From assembly GCA_963753435.1 (NCBI GenBank), contig CAVWCF010000001.1:96001-160000 (forward strand): a stretch of DNA of 64,000 nt, given 5' to 3'. The DNA comes from an uncultured Actinomycetota bacterium. GTDB taxonomy: Bacteria; Actinomycetota; Actinomycetes; CAVWCF01. The position numbers and the translations under genes were made by a program. The notes under the pieces were generated by a model. The model had not been told where the DNA came from. It did not search any database and was given only the letters and a program-made list of their open reading frames with translations. Positions 41,325-52,245 of the stretch are shown here, piece after piece (position 1 is the first letter of the stretch; the number at the start of each line of letters is the position of its first letter).

Positions 41325-42064
41325 CCCATCGACCGAACGACGGCAGCCCTGCCGCCGCCCACGCCGATCACCACGCGGACGTGTCCGGCGGCTGGTTGCG
41401 AGCTGCGGTATTCGGTGCCAGCGACGGACTTGTCAGCAACTTCGCGCTGATCGCCGGTGTGGTCGGTGGCGCCACGGCCGCAGTCGACGACGTTTCCATC
41501 AACTCTTTGATCGTGCTCACCGGCTTGGCCGGCTTGTTCGCCGGCGCGTTCAGCATGGCTACGGGGGAGTGGGTCTCGGTCCGGACGCAGAACGAGATGG
41601 TGCACCGGGAACTGCAGTACGAGGCGGATGAGCTCCGGATCAACACCGAGGCGGAGACGGCCGAGTTGGCCGGGTGGTTCGCCGACCACGGTGTCGACCC
41701 GGACCTGGCCCATCAGGTGTCCAGTCAGATCTCCGCGGATACCGAATCGGCGCTGCGCATCCACGCCCGCGCGGAACTTGGCTTGGACCCGGACTCGTTG
41801 CCGAGTCCGTGGGTGGCTGCCTTCGCTTCCTTCGGAGCGTTCGCGCTGGGGGCCATAATCCCGGTCTTCCCGTTCTTCTTCGGTGCCACCACGTTGACCC
41901 CGGCCGCGGCCGCCGCGGCTGCTGGCATGTTCGGCGCCGGAGCATTGGCTTCCCTGGTCACCACCCAGGCGTGGTGGTTCAGCGGTCTGCGCCAGCTCCT
42001 CCTGGGGGCGGCTGCGGCCACGGTCACGTTCTGGGTTGGCAGTCTTGTCGGCGGTTCCGTCTAA
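41321..42064 (+). CDS. VIT1/CCC1 family Fe/Mn transporter
   Basis: [29 protein letters not shown] and HARAELG motifs. Confidence 0.93.
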   Translation: MTHRPNDGSPAAAHADHHADVSGGWLRAAVFGASDGLVSNFALIAGVVGGATAAVDDVSINSLIVLTGLAGLFAGAFSMATGEWVSVRTQNEMVHRELQYEADELRINTEAETAELAGWFADHGVDPDLAHQVSSQISADTESALRIHARAELGLDPDSLPSPWVAAFASFGAFALGAIIPVFPFFFGATTLTPAAAAAAAGMFGAGALASLVTTQAWWFSGLRQLLLGAAAATVTFWVGSLVGGSV

Positions 42065-42140
42065 ACGCGGTTCCGGTACGCTTTGCGGCGCCGCGGCCAG
42101 AGTCGTCCTCGGCAAGTGTTTCGGACGACCTGGAGTTGCA

Positions 42141-45100
42141 GTGGCAGTCGGCGTTCCCACGGCCCAGCCGGCCCCGCAGGGGCTGTACGACGGCCAACAC
42201 GAGCATGACGCCTGCGGGGTCGCATTCGTTGCCACGCTGTCCGGCGCGGCTTCACATGGAGTGCTTGAGCAGGCGTTGACCGCGCTGCGCAATCTGGAGC
42301 ACCGCGGCGCCTCTGGTGCGGAGCCGGAGTCCGGTGACGGCGCCGGCATCCTCATCCAGGTTCCGGATCAGTTCCTGCGTGAGGTCGTCGACTTCGCCCT
42401 GCCGCCCGCAGGCGGCTACGCCGTGGGAACCGCATTCCTCCCGGTGGAACCGTCCGCCAGCCTTGCGGCGGCCGCGCAGATCGAGCAGATCGCGATCTCC
42501 GAAGGTCTGACCGTCCTGGGATGGCGGCAGGTTCCGGTGGCGGCCGACCTGCTGGGGGCCACCGCCCGTTCCGTGATGCCGGGGTTCTGGCAGCTGTTCG
42601 TCACCGCTGCTGACGGCGTTGAGGGGCTGGCCCTGGAGCGTCGCGCGTTCTGCCTGCGCAAGCGGGCCGAACACGAGGTCGGGGTGTACTTCGCATCGCT
42701 TTCGTGCCGGACCCTGGTCTACAAGGGCATGCTCACCACGGGGCAGCTGGAGCCGTTCTACCCGGACCTGTCCGACCCGCGGATGGCGACGGCGCTGGCC
42801 CTTGTGCACAGCCGGTTCAGCACGAACACGTTCCCGTCGTGGCCGCTGGCCCACCCGTACCGGTACATCGCGCACAACGGCGAGATCAACACCGTCAAGG
42901 GCAACCGCAACTGGATGCGGGCGCGGGAGTCGCTGCTTGCCTCGGACCTCATTCCGGGAGACCTGTCCCGCGTATTCCCGATCTGCGACCCGAACGCCAG
43001 CGACTCGGCATCGTTCGACGAGGTGCTGGAGTTGCTGCACCTGGGCGGGCGCAGCCTGCCGCACTCGGTGCTGATGATGATCCCGGAGGCGTGGGAGAAC
43101 CACACGCAGATGGACCCGCAGCGGCGGGCCTTCTACGAGTTCCATGCGGCGGTCATGGAGCCATGGGACGGCCCGGCCTGTGTCACGTTCACCGACGGCT
43201 CGGTTGTGGGTGCAGTCCTGGACCGCAACGGGCTGCGTCCGGGGCGCTTCTGGGTGACTGCGGACGGTCTGGTCGTTCTGGCCAGCGAGGCCGGCGTGCT
43301 GGACGTCGCTGCTGGTGACGTGGTGCGCAAGGGTCGGCTGCAGCCGGGTCGGATGTTCCTGGTGGACGTCGAGGCCGGCCGGATCATCGAGGACGACGAG
43401 ATCAAGGCGGAACTCGCCGCTGAGCACCCGTACACCGACTGGCTGCACGCCGGTGAGATTCACCTTGAGGACCTGCCGGAGCGCGAGCACGTGGTCCACA
43501 CCGCCGAGTCCGTGCTGCGCCGCCAGCAGACCTTCGGATACACCGAGGAGGAACTGCGGGTGATCCTGGCGCCGATGGCGCGCGCCGGCATCGAGCCCAT
43601 CGGGTCGATGGGAACGGACACCCCGATCGCGGTGCTGTCCGAGCGGCCACGGTTGCTGTTCGACTACTTCAACCAACTGTTCGCCCAGGTCACCAACCCG
43701 CCGCTGGACGCCATCCGCGAGGAACTGGTGACCAGCCTGTCCACCTGGATCGGGCCGGAGCAGAACCTGCTGGACCCGGGACCGGCGTCGTGTCGCGGCA
43801 TCGTGCTGCCCTTCCCGATCATCGACAACGACGACGTGGCGAAGATCCTGCACATCAACCTGGACGGCGATCTGCCGGGCTTTCAGTCCCTGGTCGTGTC
43901 CGGTCGGTACCGGGTTGCCGGCGGCGCGAGCGCGCTACGCAAGCGGCTCGACGAGATCTGCGCTGAGGTCAGCGAAGCCATCGAGCGGGGCGTGCGGTTC
44001 ATCGTCTTGTCCGACCGGCACGCCGACGCCGAGAACGCCCCGATCCCGTCGCTACTGCTAACCGGGGCGGTCCACCACCACCTGGTTCGCACCAAGCAGC
44101 GCACCCAGGTTTCGCTGATCGTGGAAGCCGGCGACGTTCGCGAGGTGCATCACGTCGCCCTGCTGATCGGCTACGGCGCCTCCGCGGTGAACCCCTACCT
44201 GGCCATGGAGTCCGTCGAGGACCTCGTCCGGCGTGGCGTCATCGACGGCGTCACCCCGGCCCAGGCGATCCGCAATCTGACCAAGGCGTTCGGCAAGGGC
44301 GTCCTGAAGGTCATGTCCAAGATGGGCGTCTCGACCGTGTCCTCCTACTGCGGAGCGCAGATCTTCGAGGCAGTCGGCCTGTCGCAGACGCTGGTCGACC
44401 GTTACTTCGCCGGCACCACAACGAAACTGGGCGGCGTCGGTCTCGGCGTGATTGCCGAGGAGGTCACGCGCAGGCACGCGGTGGCGTACCCACCGAGCGG
44501 GATCTCGCCGGCGCACCGCACGCTCAACGTCGGCGGGGAGTACCAGTGGCGGCGTGAAGGCGAGCCGCACTTGTTCGACCCCGAGACGGTGTTCCGGTTG
44601 CAGCACGCCACGCGCCAGCGCCGTTACGACATCTTCAAGGAGTACACCCGCAAGGTGAACGACTCCGCCGAGCGGCTCATGACGCTGCGCGGCTTGTTCG
44701 CCCTTCGGGAAGGTGCTCTTCCGCCTGTGCCCATCGACGAGGTGGAACCGGTCAGCGAGATCGTCAAGCGCTTCTCCACTGGGGCCATGTCCTACGGGTC
44801 CATCTCCGCCGAGGCGCACGAGACGCTGGCGATCGCGATGAACCGCATCGGCGGCAAGTCCAACACCGGCGAGGGCGGGGAGGACCCCCAGCGGTTCATC
44901 CCGCTGCCCAACGGCGATTCCAAGCGTTCGGCGATCAAGCAGGTTGCGTCCGGGCGCTTCGGCGTTACCAGCGAGTACCTGGTCAATGCCGACGACATCC
45001 AGATCAAGATGGCCCAGGGCGCCAAGCCCGGTGAGGGCGGTCAACTTCCGGGCCACAAGGTGTACCCGTGGGTGGCAAAGACCCGGCACTCGACGCCGGG

Positions 45101-46679
45101 CGTCGGCCTCATCTCCCCGCCGCCGCACCACGACATCTACTCCATCGAGGATCTGGCTCAACTGATCCACGACCTGAAGAACGCAAACAACTCCGCCCGC
45201 ATCCACGTAAAGCTCGTCAGCGAGATCGGGGTGGGCACTGTCGCCGCGGGCGTGAGCAAGGCGCACGCGGACGTGGTGCTCATCTCCGGGCATGACGGTG
45301 GCACGGGTGCGTCGCCGCTCACCTCCCTCAAGCACGCAGGTGCGCCGTGGGAACTCGGCCTCGCCGAGACCCAGCAGACGCTGCTGCTGAACGGGTTGCG
45401 GGACCGGATCGTCGTTCAGGCCGACGGGCAGATGAAGACCGGTCGCGACGTGGTCATCGCGGCCTTGCTGGGTGCGGAGGAGTTCGGCTTCGCGACTGCG
45501 CCGTTGGTGGTCATGGGCTGCGTGATGATGCGCGTTTGCCACCTGGACACCTGCCCGGTGGGGGTGGCGACCCAGAACCCGGTCCTGCGCGAACGTTTCG
45601 CGGGTCAGCCGGAGTTCGTCGAAGCCTTCTTCGAGTTCATCGCCGAGGAGGTCCGTGAGTACTTGGCCGCCTTGGGTCTGCGGTCCCTGGACGAGGCGAT
45701 CGGGCAGGCGGAGTTGCTGGACACCAACGCCGCAATCAGCCACTGGAAGGCATCCGGCCTGGACCTGACGCCGATCCTGCACGTGCCGGCGCTGCCCGAA
45801 GGCGCCGCCCGTAGGTGCACGACGTCGCAGGAGCACGGCCTGGAGAAGGCGCTGGACAACGACCTGATAGCGCTGAGTGAGGACGCGCTGGAGCGGGGCG
45901 AGCCGGTTCGTGCGGTCGTTCCGGTGCGCAACGTCAACCGGACCGTGGGGACCATGCTCGGCGCGGAGGTGACTCGTCGCTACGGCGGGGTCGGCCTGCC
46001 GGACGGCACGATCGACATCACCTTCACGGGTTCGGCTGGTCAGTCGTTCGGAGCGTTCGTACCCGCCGGCGTAACGCTGCGCTTGGAGGGGGACGCCAAC
46101 GACTATCTGGGCAAGGGGTTGTCCGGCGGGCGGATCATCGTGCGGCCCGACTCCGAAGCGTCCTTCGTGGCCGAGGACAACGTCATCGCCGGAAACGTGG
46201 TGGCGTACGGCGCCACTGCGGGCGAGTTGTTCGTGCGCGGGTTGGTGGGCGAGCGCTTCTGCGTTCGCAACTCAGGTGTGACCGCAGTCGTCGAGGGCGT
46301 CGGTGACCACGCCTGTGAGTACATGACCGGTGGCCGCGCCGTGATCCTCGGGCCCACCGGCCGCAACCTGGCGGCCGGTATGTCGGGCGGCATCGCCTAC
46401 GTCCTGGACCTGGACTTGGCCCGGGTCAACCAGGAGATGGTGGACCTGGAGGAACTCAGCCACGAAGACACCGAGTTCCTCCGGCAGGCGATCAGCCGCC
46501 ACGCGGAGGAGACCGGATCGGACGTGGCCGGACGCCTGCTGGCCGACGGGGATGCGATCTGGTCCAGGTTCACCAAGGTGATGCCACGCGACTACAAGCG
46601 CGTTCTGCAGGCAATGGCGAAGGCGGAGGCCGAGGGTCTCGACGTCGACCGAGCGATCATGGAGGCGTCGCATGGCTGA
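42141..46679 (+). CDS. gltB: Glutamate synthase large subunit
   Basis: EHDACGV Ntn start; [20 protein letters not shown] and CHLDTCPVG motifs; GGAG RBS before GTG 42141. Confidence 0.98.
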   Translation: MAVGVPTAQPAPQGLYDGQHEHDACGVAFVATLSGAASHGVLEQALTALRNLEHRGASGAEPESGDGAGILIQVPDQFLREVVDFALPPAGGYAVGTAFLPVEPSASLAAAAQIEQIAISEGLTVLGWRQVPVAADLLGATARSVMPGFWQLFVTAADGVEGLALERRAFCLRKRAEHEVGVYFASLSCRTLVYKGMLTTGQLEPFYPDLSDPRMATALALVHSRFSTNTFPSWPLAHPYRYIAHNGEINTVKGNRNWMRARESLLASDLIPGDLSRVFPICDPNASDSASFDEVLELLHLGGRSLPHSVLMMIPEAWENHTQMDPQRRAFYEFHAAVMEPWDGPACVTFTDGSVVGAVLDRNGLRPGRFWVTADGLVVLASEAGVLDVAAGDVVRKGRLQPGRMFLVDVEAGRIIEDDEIKAELAAEHPYTDWLHAGEIHLEDLPEREHVVHTAESVLRRQQTFGYTEEELRVILAPMARAGIEPIGSMGTDTPIAVLSERPRLLFDYFNQLFAQVTNPPLDAIREELVTSLSTWIGPEQNLLDPGPASCRGIVLPFPIIDNDDVAKILHINLDGDLPGFQSLVVSGRYRVAGGASALRKRLDEICAEVSEAIERGVRFIVLSDRHADAENAPIPSLLLTGAVHHHLVRTKQRTQVSLIVEAGDVREVHHVALLIGYGASAVNPYLAMESVEDLVRRGVIDGVTPAQAIRNLTKAFGKGVLKVMSKMGVSTVSSYCGAQIFEAVGLSQTLVDRYFAGTTTKLGGVGLGVIAEEVTRRHAVAYPPSGISPAHRTLNVGGEYQWRREGEPHLFDPETVFRLQHATRQRRYDIFKEYTRKVNDSAERLMTLRGLFALREGALPPVPIDEVEPVSEIVKRFSTGAMSYGSISAEAHETLAIAMNRIGGKSNTGEGGEDPQRFIPLPNGDSKRSAIKQVASGRFGVTSEYLVNADDIQIKMAQGAKPGEGGQLPGHKVYPWVAKTRHSTPGVGLISPPPHHDIYSIEDLAQLIHDLKNANNSARIHVKLVSEIGVGTVAAGVSKAHADVVLISGHDGGTGASPLTSLKHAGAPWELGLAETQQTLLLNGLRDRIVVQADGQMKTGRDVVIAALLGAEEFGFATAPLVVMGCVMMRVCHLDTCPVGVATQNPVLRERFAGQPEFVEAFFEFIAEEVREYLAALGLRSLDEAIGQAELLDTNAAISHWKASGLDLTPILHVPALPEGAARRCTTSQEHGLEKALDNDLIALSEDALERGEPVRAVVPVRNVNRTVGTMLGAEVTRRYGGVGLPDGTIDITFTGSAGQSFGAFVPAGVTLRLEGDANDYLGKGLSGGRIIVRPDSEASFVAEDNVIAGNVVAYGATAGELFVRGLVGERFCVRNSGVTAVVEGVGDHACEYMTGGRAVILGPTGRNLAAGMSGGIAYVLDLDLARVNQEMVDLEELSHEDTEFLRQAISRHAEETGSDVAGRLLADGDAIWSRFTKVMPRDYKRVLQAMAKAEAEGLDVDRAIMEASHG

Positions 46680-48132
46680 TCCGAAGGGCTTCCTTAGCTA
46701 CGAGCGCGAGCTGCCGTCGCGACGGCCGGTCGATCTGCGGCTGCAGGACTGGCGCGAGGTCTACGAGCCGGCACCGGCGGGGCAGATCGAAGAGCAGGCG
46801 ACACGCTGCATGGACTGCGGCATCCCGTTCTGCCACAACGGCTGCCCGTTGGGCAACCTCATCCCGGAGTGGAACGACCTGGCCCGGCGCGACGACTGGC
46901 GGTCGGCCATCGAACGCCTGCACGCCACCAACAACTTCCCGGAGTTCACCGGCCGGTTGTGCCCGGCTCCATGTGAAGCCGCTTGCGTGCTCGGGATCAA
47001 CTCCGATCCGGTAACCATCAAGCAGGTCGAGGTGACGATCATCGATCGGGCCTTCGACGCAGGGTGGGTGACGCCACAGGCCCCGACGCGGCTGTCGGGC
47101 AAGACCGTGGCAGTCGTCGGCTCCGGCCCGGCCGGTTTGGCCGTGGCCCAGCAGTTGACCCGAGCCGGGCACACAGTCGCCGTGTACGAACGCGCCGACC
47201 GGATCGGCGGGCTGCTGCGTTACGGCATCCCCGAGTTCAAGATGGAAAAGGCGCACCTGGAACGCCGCCTGGCGCAGATGGAGGCCGAAGGAACCCGTTT
47301 CCGGCCGGGGGTGGCGGTTGGCACCGACGTCACCGCCGACCAGTTGCGGCGCCGCTACGACGCGGTGGTGCTGGCGATCGGGGCGACCGTGGCCCGGGAC
47401 TTGCCGGTTCCCGGGCGGGAGTTGTCGGGCATTCATCAAGCAATGGACTACCTGCCGCTGGCCAATCGCCTGTGCGAGGGCGACGACTTGGGTCACGGTG
47501 ACCGCTCCCCGATCGATGCCGCGGGCAAGCACGTAGTGATCATCGGCGGTGGTGACACCGGAGCGGACTGCTTGGGAACGGCGCACCGCCAGGGCGCAGC
47601 CAGCGTTACGCAGCTGGAGATCATGCCGCAGCCCGGCCCGGAGCGCCCGGAGTCGCAGCCGTGGCCGACCTATCCGATGACCTACCGCGTCACTTCGGCC
47701 CACGAGGAGGGCGGGGATCGGCTTTACAGCGTGTCCACGACCCGGTTCGTCGGGGAGTCCGGACGCGTGCGGGCGCTCGAGCTTGTCGAAGTTGCCATGA
47801 CCAACGGCAGATTCGAACCCGTTCCAGGTACGGAACGGGAGTTGCCCGCGGACTTGGTCCTGCTGGCTATGGGCTTCACCGGGCCGGAGCCGTTGATCGC
47901 CGAGCAGTTGGACCTGGCACTCGATGAACGCGGCAACATCGCGCGGGACGACCACTACGCCACCGGCCGGCCGGGTGTGTTCGTGGCCGGGGACGCCGGG
48001 CGAGGTCAGTCGCTGATCGTTTGGGCCATCGCGGAGGGGCGCGCCGCAGCTGCGGCGGCGGACCGGTTCCTGATGGGTTCAACGAACCTGCCGGAGCCGA
48101 TCCCACCGACCGCTCGACCTCTTGTCGGCTAG
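46672..48132 (+). CDS. gltD: Glutamate synthase small subunit
   Basis: [27 protein letters not shown] and [13 protein letters not shown] motifs. Confidence 0.97.
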   Translation: MADPKGFLSYERELPSRRPVDLRLQDWREVYEPAPAGQIEEQATRCMDCGIPFCHNGCPLGNLIPEWNDLARRDDWRSAIERLHATNNFPEFTGRLCPAPCEAACVLGINSDPVTIKQVEVTIIDRAFDAGWVTPQAPTRLSGKTVAVVGSGPAGLAVAQQLTRAGHTVAVYERADRIGGLLRYGIPEFKMEKAHLERRLAQMEAEGTRFRPGVAVGTDVTADQLRRRYDAVVLAIGATVARDLPVPGRELSGIHQAMDYLPLANRLCEGDDLGHGDRSPIDAAGKHVVIIGGGDTGADCLGTAHRQGAASVTQLEIMPQPGPERPESQPWPTYPMTYRVTSAHEEGGDRLYSVSTTRFVGESGRVRALELVEVAMTNGRFEPVPGTERELPADLVLLAMGFTGPEPLIAEQLDLALDERGNIARDDHYATGRPGVFVAGDAGRGQSLIVWAIAEGRAAAAAADRFLMGSTNLPEPIPPTARPLVG

Positions 48133-48243
48133 TCCAGCTTGCCGGCCAACTCAGTTCAGTGGGTGGCAGTGCGGCTGTGTGAAATCCCAGTGAACGCCGT
48201 CGTTGCGGCGGGCGCGCCGGCTTCGTCTCGCTAGGGTCAGTGG

Positions 48244-49686
48244 GTGCGCCGGACCAAGATCGTTGCCACCCTGGGGCCGGCGTCGTCCGCCCCGGAGCAA
48301 CTCCGGGCGTTGGTTGATGCCGGGCTGGACGTGGCACGGCTGAACATGAGCCACGGCGAGCGGGCCGAACACGAGGCCGCCTACCAGGCGCTGCGCACCG
48401 CGGCTGATGCCGCGGGCCGATCCGTCGGTGTGCTGATGGATCTGCAGGGGCCCAAGATCCGGGTTGGCAAGTTCGGCAACGGACCGGTGCTACTCAAGCC
48501 CGGGCAACGCTTCACCGTTACTACTCGCGAAGTTGCCGGTGACGAATCAGAAGTCAGCACCGGATACGGGAATCTGCCCCGTGATGTGCACCCGGGGGAC
48601 CGGATCCTGCTCGACGACGGGCGGGTGACGCTCGAAGCAGTTGAGGTCACCGACACAGATGTGATCACCCGGGTCCGCGAGGGTGGTCGAGTAAGTGACC
48701 ACAAGGGGCTCAACCTCCCGGGTGTGGGGGTTTCGGTTGCGGCGCTGACGGAGAAGGACCTGGACGACCTGCGGTGGGGACTGACGCTGGGCGTAGACCT
48801 GGTGGCTCTCTCCTTCGTGCGATCTGCGGCCGACGTGGCCGAAGTGCATCGCGTCATGGAAGAGGCTGGGCGCCGCGTCCCGGTGCTCGCCAAGATCGAG
48901 AAGCCGCAGGCGGTCGAGGACCTGGAAGCGATCGTTGCCAAGTTTGACGGCCTGATGGTGGCCCGCGGTGACCTCGGCGTGGAGTTGCCGCTGGAGCAGG
49001 TCCCGATCGTGCAGAAGCGGGCCGTGCAACTGTGCCGGGAGGCGGGCAAGCCGGTCATCGTCGCCACCCAGATGCTGGAGTCGATGATTTCCTCATCGCG
49101 CCCCACGCGGGCGGAGGCCTCCGACGTGGCCAACGCCGTGTTGGACGGGGCCGACGCGGTGATGCTGTCGGCGGAAACCTCGATCGGCCGATTCCCGATC
49201 GGTGCAGTGGCCACCATGGAGCGCATCCTGCGGGCAACCGACGAGGACGGCCGGGAGTACGTGCCGCTGCTGCACGGTCGGCCGCGGACCAAGGGTGAGG
49301 CGATCACTCAGGCGGCCGTGCGGGTAGCCGACCTGCTGCAAGCCAGTTACCTGGTCGCGTTCACCGAGACCGGTGGGTCGGCCCGACTGCTGGCCATGCA
49401 CCGCCCAGACACGCCCTTACTTGCTTTCACACCACACGAAACGACCCGCGGCAGCCTTGCCCTGACCTGGGGCGTGGAGACGTTCCTGGTTCCGCCGGTC
49501 GAGCACACCGACGACATGGTTCGTCAGGTCGACCGGGCGTTGCTCGACATGGGTCGCGGCGTCCTCGGTGACCACATCGTCATCGTCGCCGGTTCGCCGC
49601 CCGGCATCCCCGGGTCGACGAACGCCATGCGTGTGCACCGCATCGGTGATGCCGTCGGCGGCATCGCGCCCGCCTATCGCGACTAG
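48244..49686 (+). CDS. pyk: Pyruvate kinase
   Basis: RRTKIVATLGP, DLQGPKIR, MVARGDLGVE, ATQMLESM and DAVMLSAETS motifs. Confidence 0.98.
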   Translation: MRRTKIVATLGPASSAPEQLRALVDAGLDVARLNMSHGERAEHEAAYQALRTAADAAGRSVGVLMDLQGPKIRVGKFGNGPVLLKPGQRFTVTTREVAGDESEVSTGYGNLPRDVHPGDRILLDDGRVTLEAVEVTDTDVITRVREGGRVSDHKGLNLPGVGVSVAALTEKDLDDLRWGLTLGVDLVALSFVRSAADVAEVHRVMEEAGRRVPVLAKIEKPQAVEDLEAIVAKFDGLMVARGDLGVELPLEQVPIVQKRAVQLCREAGKPVIVATQMLESMISSSRPTRAEASDVANAVLDGADAVMLSAETSIGRFPIGAVATMERILRATDEDGREYVPLLHGRPRTKGEAITQAAVRVADLLQASYLVAFTETGGSARLLAMHRPDTPLLAFTPHETTRGSLALTWGVETFLVPPVEHTDDMVRQVDRALLDMGRGVLGDHIVIVAGSPPGIPGSTNAMRVHRIGDAVGGIAPAYRD

Positions 49687-49724
49687 TTGCCTCCGCGGAC
49701 CGGCGTACTCGGGACCGGCTGCCC

Positions 49725-50975
49725 TCATCCGGTTTCTGCCCATGGTGGTGGTCGTTCCCGGACCGCCAACGCCGTGCCATCGGGGCGATGGACGGTCACT
49801 GCGTCGCCCTCTAGTTCAAGAGTGAACCCGCCTTCGTGCACCGCGCGGTGGTGGCGCCGGCACAGCATGACCAGGTTGTCCTGATCCGTGCGACCACCGT
49901 GCGACCACGGCAGCACGTGGTGGGCATCGCACCAGGTCAGCGGCCGGTCGCAGCCGGGGAACCGGCATCCGCCATCGCGGACCGAGAGCAGGCGCCGCAG
50001 TCGAGGTGGCACGACTCGGGTGGCCCTGCCGATGTCCACGGGGCTCCCCGCAGTCGGGTCCGATCCGCCAAGCAGGACCGGGCTGATGGTGGCGTCGCAG
50101 CTCAGCCGTGCGGCCGCGCCCGGCGGTAGGTCCCAGTCCCGGACCGCACCGATGAGCGTCCCGGTCCCGCCGGCGCGTGGTTGCGGTCCCAGGTCGCCGG
50201 CGCCGATCGTGATGAGCAGGTGCGGTCGCTCTCCTCCCGTAACGGGAAGGTGTCCGCCATCCAGGGCGCGTCGTGACAGCTCAACCAGTGCGTCGGCGCG
50301 GCGCTGCGCGGGGGAGCGGTCATCGTCGGAACCGGTGGCCGACGGCGCCGCCAGCGACTGGATCGCGGTGAGCACTGTGGCCCCGGACTCGGGGTCCAGC
50401 AGTCCGTCGAGCGCCACTAGGCCGCCGAAGGTTGGCGAGATTGCCAATCGCCTGGCCGCGTAGGCGAACTCGGCTTCCGCGATGGCTGCCGCGGGATCGA
50501 CGGCATCAGCCCAACGTCCCACGACTATCCCCAGCTGGCGGGGCGGCAGCCGCCGCGCGGCCTCGACCAGAGTGCTCTCGGCATTGGCGATGCTTGCTTC
50601 TCGTTGTGGCGTGGCCGTCGCCGCTCTGGCGATGACGCGCACGTGCTCTGTGTTGATGTCCCCTGCAGCCAAGGCTGCGGCGGTCTCCGGAAGTAGTCGA
50701 GAAAGCACTCGGGCGGTCCGCACCTGCTCCCGCGCCGCCCCTTCCGAGATCCGGGTGTTTCGGCGCAACCAGGCGGCGGCCGACACAGCCCCGTCGCGTT
50801 CCCACTCGCCGGAGCGGTCGAGCCGTTCCGTAGTTCGCAGGACTTCAGCATGCAGTCGCGCAGCGGCGCGATGCAGCTCGATCAGTCGGGAGGGCAGATC
50901 CGTGGCCGGAGCATCATCCAGTCGCTCATCGGCCAGTTCATCCAAAGCCACGGACAGCCGGGTCAGGCCGTCCAT
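49725..50975 (-). CDS. DUF222 (13E12-repeat-like) HNH endonuclease
   Basis: RSPAQRRADAL, RLSCDA, DIGRATR and RDGGCRFPGC...CDAHHVLPWSHGGRTDQDNLVMLCRRHHRAVH motifs. Confidence 0.92.
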   Translation of the reverse strand: MDGLTRLSVALDELADERLDDAPATDLPSRLIELHRAAARLHAEVLRTTERLDRSGEWERDGAVSAAAWLRRNTRISEGAAREQVRTARVLSRLLPETAAALAAGDINTEHVRVIARAATATPQREASIANAESTLVEAARRLPPRQLGIVVGRWADAVDPAAAIAEAEFAYAARRLAISPTFGGLVALDGLLDPESGATVLTAIQSLAAPSATGSDDDRSPAQRRADALVELSRRALDGGHLPVTGGERPHLLITIGAGDLGPQPRAGGTGTLIGAVRDWDLPPGAAARLSCDATISPVLLGGSDPTAGSPVDIGRATRVVPPRLRRLLSVRDGGCRFPGCDRPLTWCDAHHVLPWSHGGRTDQDNLVMLCRRHHRAVHEGGFTLELEGDAVTVHRPDGTALAVRERPPPWAETG

Positions 50976-50982
50976 GCATCAG

Positions 50983-51004
50983 AACGTAGGACAGGGGTCC
51001 GACA
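50983..51004 (-). promoter_or_regulatory. PafBC-dependent (RecA-NDp) DNA-damage promoter, leaderless
   Basis: Minus strand reads TGTCGG-ACCCCTGTCC-TA-CGT-T (TGTCGG-N10-TA-N3-T), 7 nt before ATG 50975. Confidence 0.8.
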
Positions 51005-51061
51005 AACCTTGGGCAATCCACAGCCCCTAGCGGTAGGACCCGAATCGGTACCGTCCACACC

Positions 51062-51610
51062 GTGGGCAGTTACGTGGCGCTGCTACGGGGGATCAACGTC
51101 GGTGGCAAGAACCGCCTGCCGATGGCGGACCTCCGCGGCTCCTTGGCAGACCTGGGCCTGCGTGAGGTCCGGACCTACATCCAGTCGGGCAACGTCCTGT
51201 TCGAGACCGACGGTCCCGAGGCGAAGCTGGAAGCCGACATCGAGGCGCGGATCGCCGAGCAGTTCGGCCTTCGAGTGCCCATTCTCGTGCGGTCCCACGC
51301 GCAATTGGCAGACGTGGTCGCATCAGCCCCGGCTGGCTTCGGCGCGGACCCTGAGACCTACTTGTCCGACGCCGTCTTCTTGTTTGCGTCCCTGACTGCG
51401 GACGAAGCGATGGGTGCGGTGACGCTGCGCGACGGCGTTGATCAGGCCTGGCCGGGGACAGGCGTGCTCTACTTCCAGCGCCTTGCCGCACGCCGAACAC
51501 AAAGTTGGCTCAGCCGCCTGGCCAGTACCCCGCAATACCAGCAGATGACAATCCGCAACTGGTCAACAACCACCAGGCTGCTGGGGCTGCTCGAGGATCG
51601 GAGCAACTAG
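51062..51610 (+). CDS. DUF1697 domain protein
   Basis: YVALLRGINVGG, TYIQSGNV and TIRNWST motifs. Confidence 0.92.
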   Translation: MGSYVALLRGINVGGKNRLPMADLRGSLADLGLREVRTYIQSGNVLFETDGPEAKLEADIEARIAEQFGLRVPILVRSHAQLADVVASAPAGFGADPETYLSDAVFLFASLTADEAMGAVTLRDGVDQAWPGTGVLYFQRLAARRTQSWLSRLASTPQYQQMTIRNWSTTTRLLGLLEDRSN

Positions 51611-51618
51611 CCGTTTGC

Positions 51619-51646
51619 GTTGGCCGGTACTGGTTGGCCGGTACTG
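51619..51646 (+). repeat. Perfect 14-bp tandem duplication GTTGGCCGGTACTG x2
   Basis: Read directly, intergenic. Confidence 0.85.
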
Positions 51647-51767
51647 GTAGTCGCCACGGGCTAGTCGTGCGGAGCCTGGGGGCAGCGCGGGGTCGTTGGA
51701 CCCTGGCGCGCGTCCATGGGCGGGCAAGACTCAATTGGAGAGCAGTTCTCAGAAGGCGGTGAAAGAG

Positions 51768-52214
51768 ATGGAGACCAGCAAAGCGCGCAGACGCATTGTC
51801 GTCGGAGCCGACGGTTCGCCAGCAAGCGTCGGCGCCTTGCGCTGGGCGATGGCGCACGCGTCACGAGTTGGGGCAGAGGTGGACGTCGTCACCGGTTATG
51901 ACATCCCGCTGACGATTCTGGTTGTCCCGACCTACACGGAAGAGGACTACGCGCGAGATGCTCGGGCGTTGCTGGATCACACCGTGGAGCAAGCAACATC
52001 CGGCGAACACGCCGACGTCCCCTTGAACTCGTCCCTGGTGCAGGGGAAACCCGCTCGGGCGCTGGCTGAGGCAGCCGCAGGTGCAGAACTACTGGTGGTT
52101 GGTGGTCGGGGCCAGGGTGAGTTGCCGGGCATGCATTTGGGTTCCGTCGCCTCCTACTGCGTACACCACGCCCCTTGCCCTGTCCTCGTCTACCGCTCAC
52201 CGGACACGACGTAA
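51768..52214 (+). CDS. Universal stress protein
   Basis: RIVVGADGSPAS...ALRWA and LLVVGGRGQG...LGSVASYCVHHAPCPVLV motifs. Confidence 0.93.
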   Translation: METSKARRRIVVGADGSPASVGALRWAMAHASRVGAEVDVVTGYDIPLTILVVPTYTEEDYARDARALLDHTVEQATSGEHADVPLNSSLVQGKPARALAEAAAGAELLVVGGRGQGELPGMHLGSVASYCVHHAPCPVLVYRSPDTT

Positions 52215-52245
52215 TGCGGGTTGCGCCCGCCCTCACGTCGCGTTG

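Noticed and set aside
49687-49724. tRNA after pyk as an integration site
   Set aside because: The gap is only 38 bp; I found no cloverleaf or T-loop/CCA pattern here or in other intergenic regions.
51013-51023. DnaA-box-like CAATCCACAG upstream of the HNH gene
   Set aside because: Single copy with two mismatches to TT(A/G)TCCACA; no box cluster or AT-rich unwinding element.
49683-51030. CTAG on both sides of the HNH gene as a target-site duplication
   Set aside because: Only 4 bp, one copy is the pyk stop, CTAG recurs often nearby (51607, 51661), and no terminal inverted repeats are visible.
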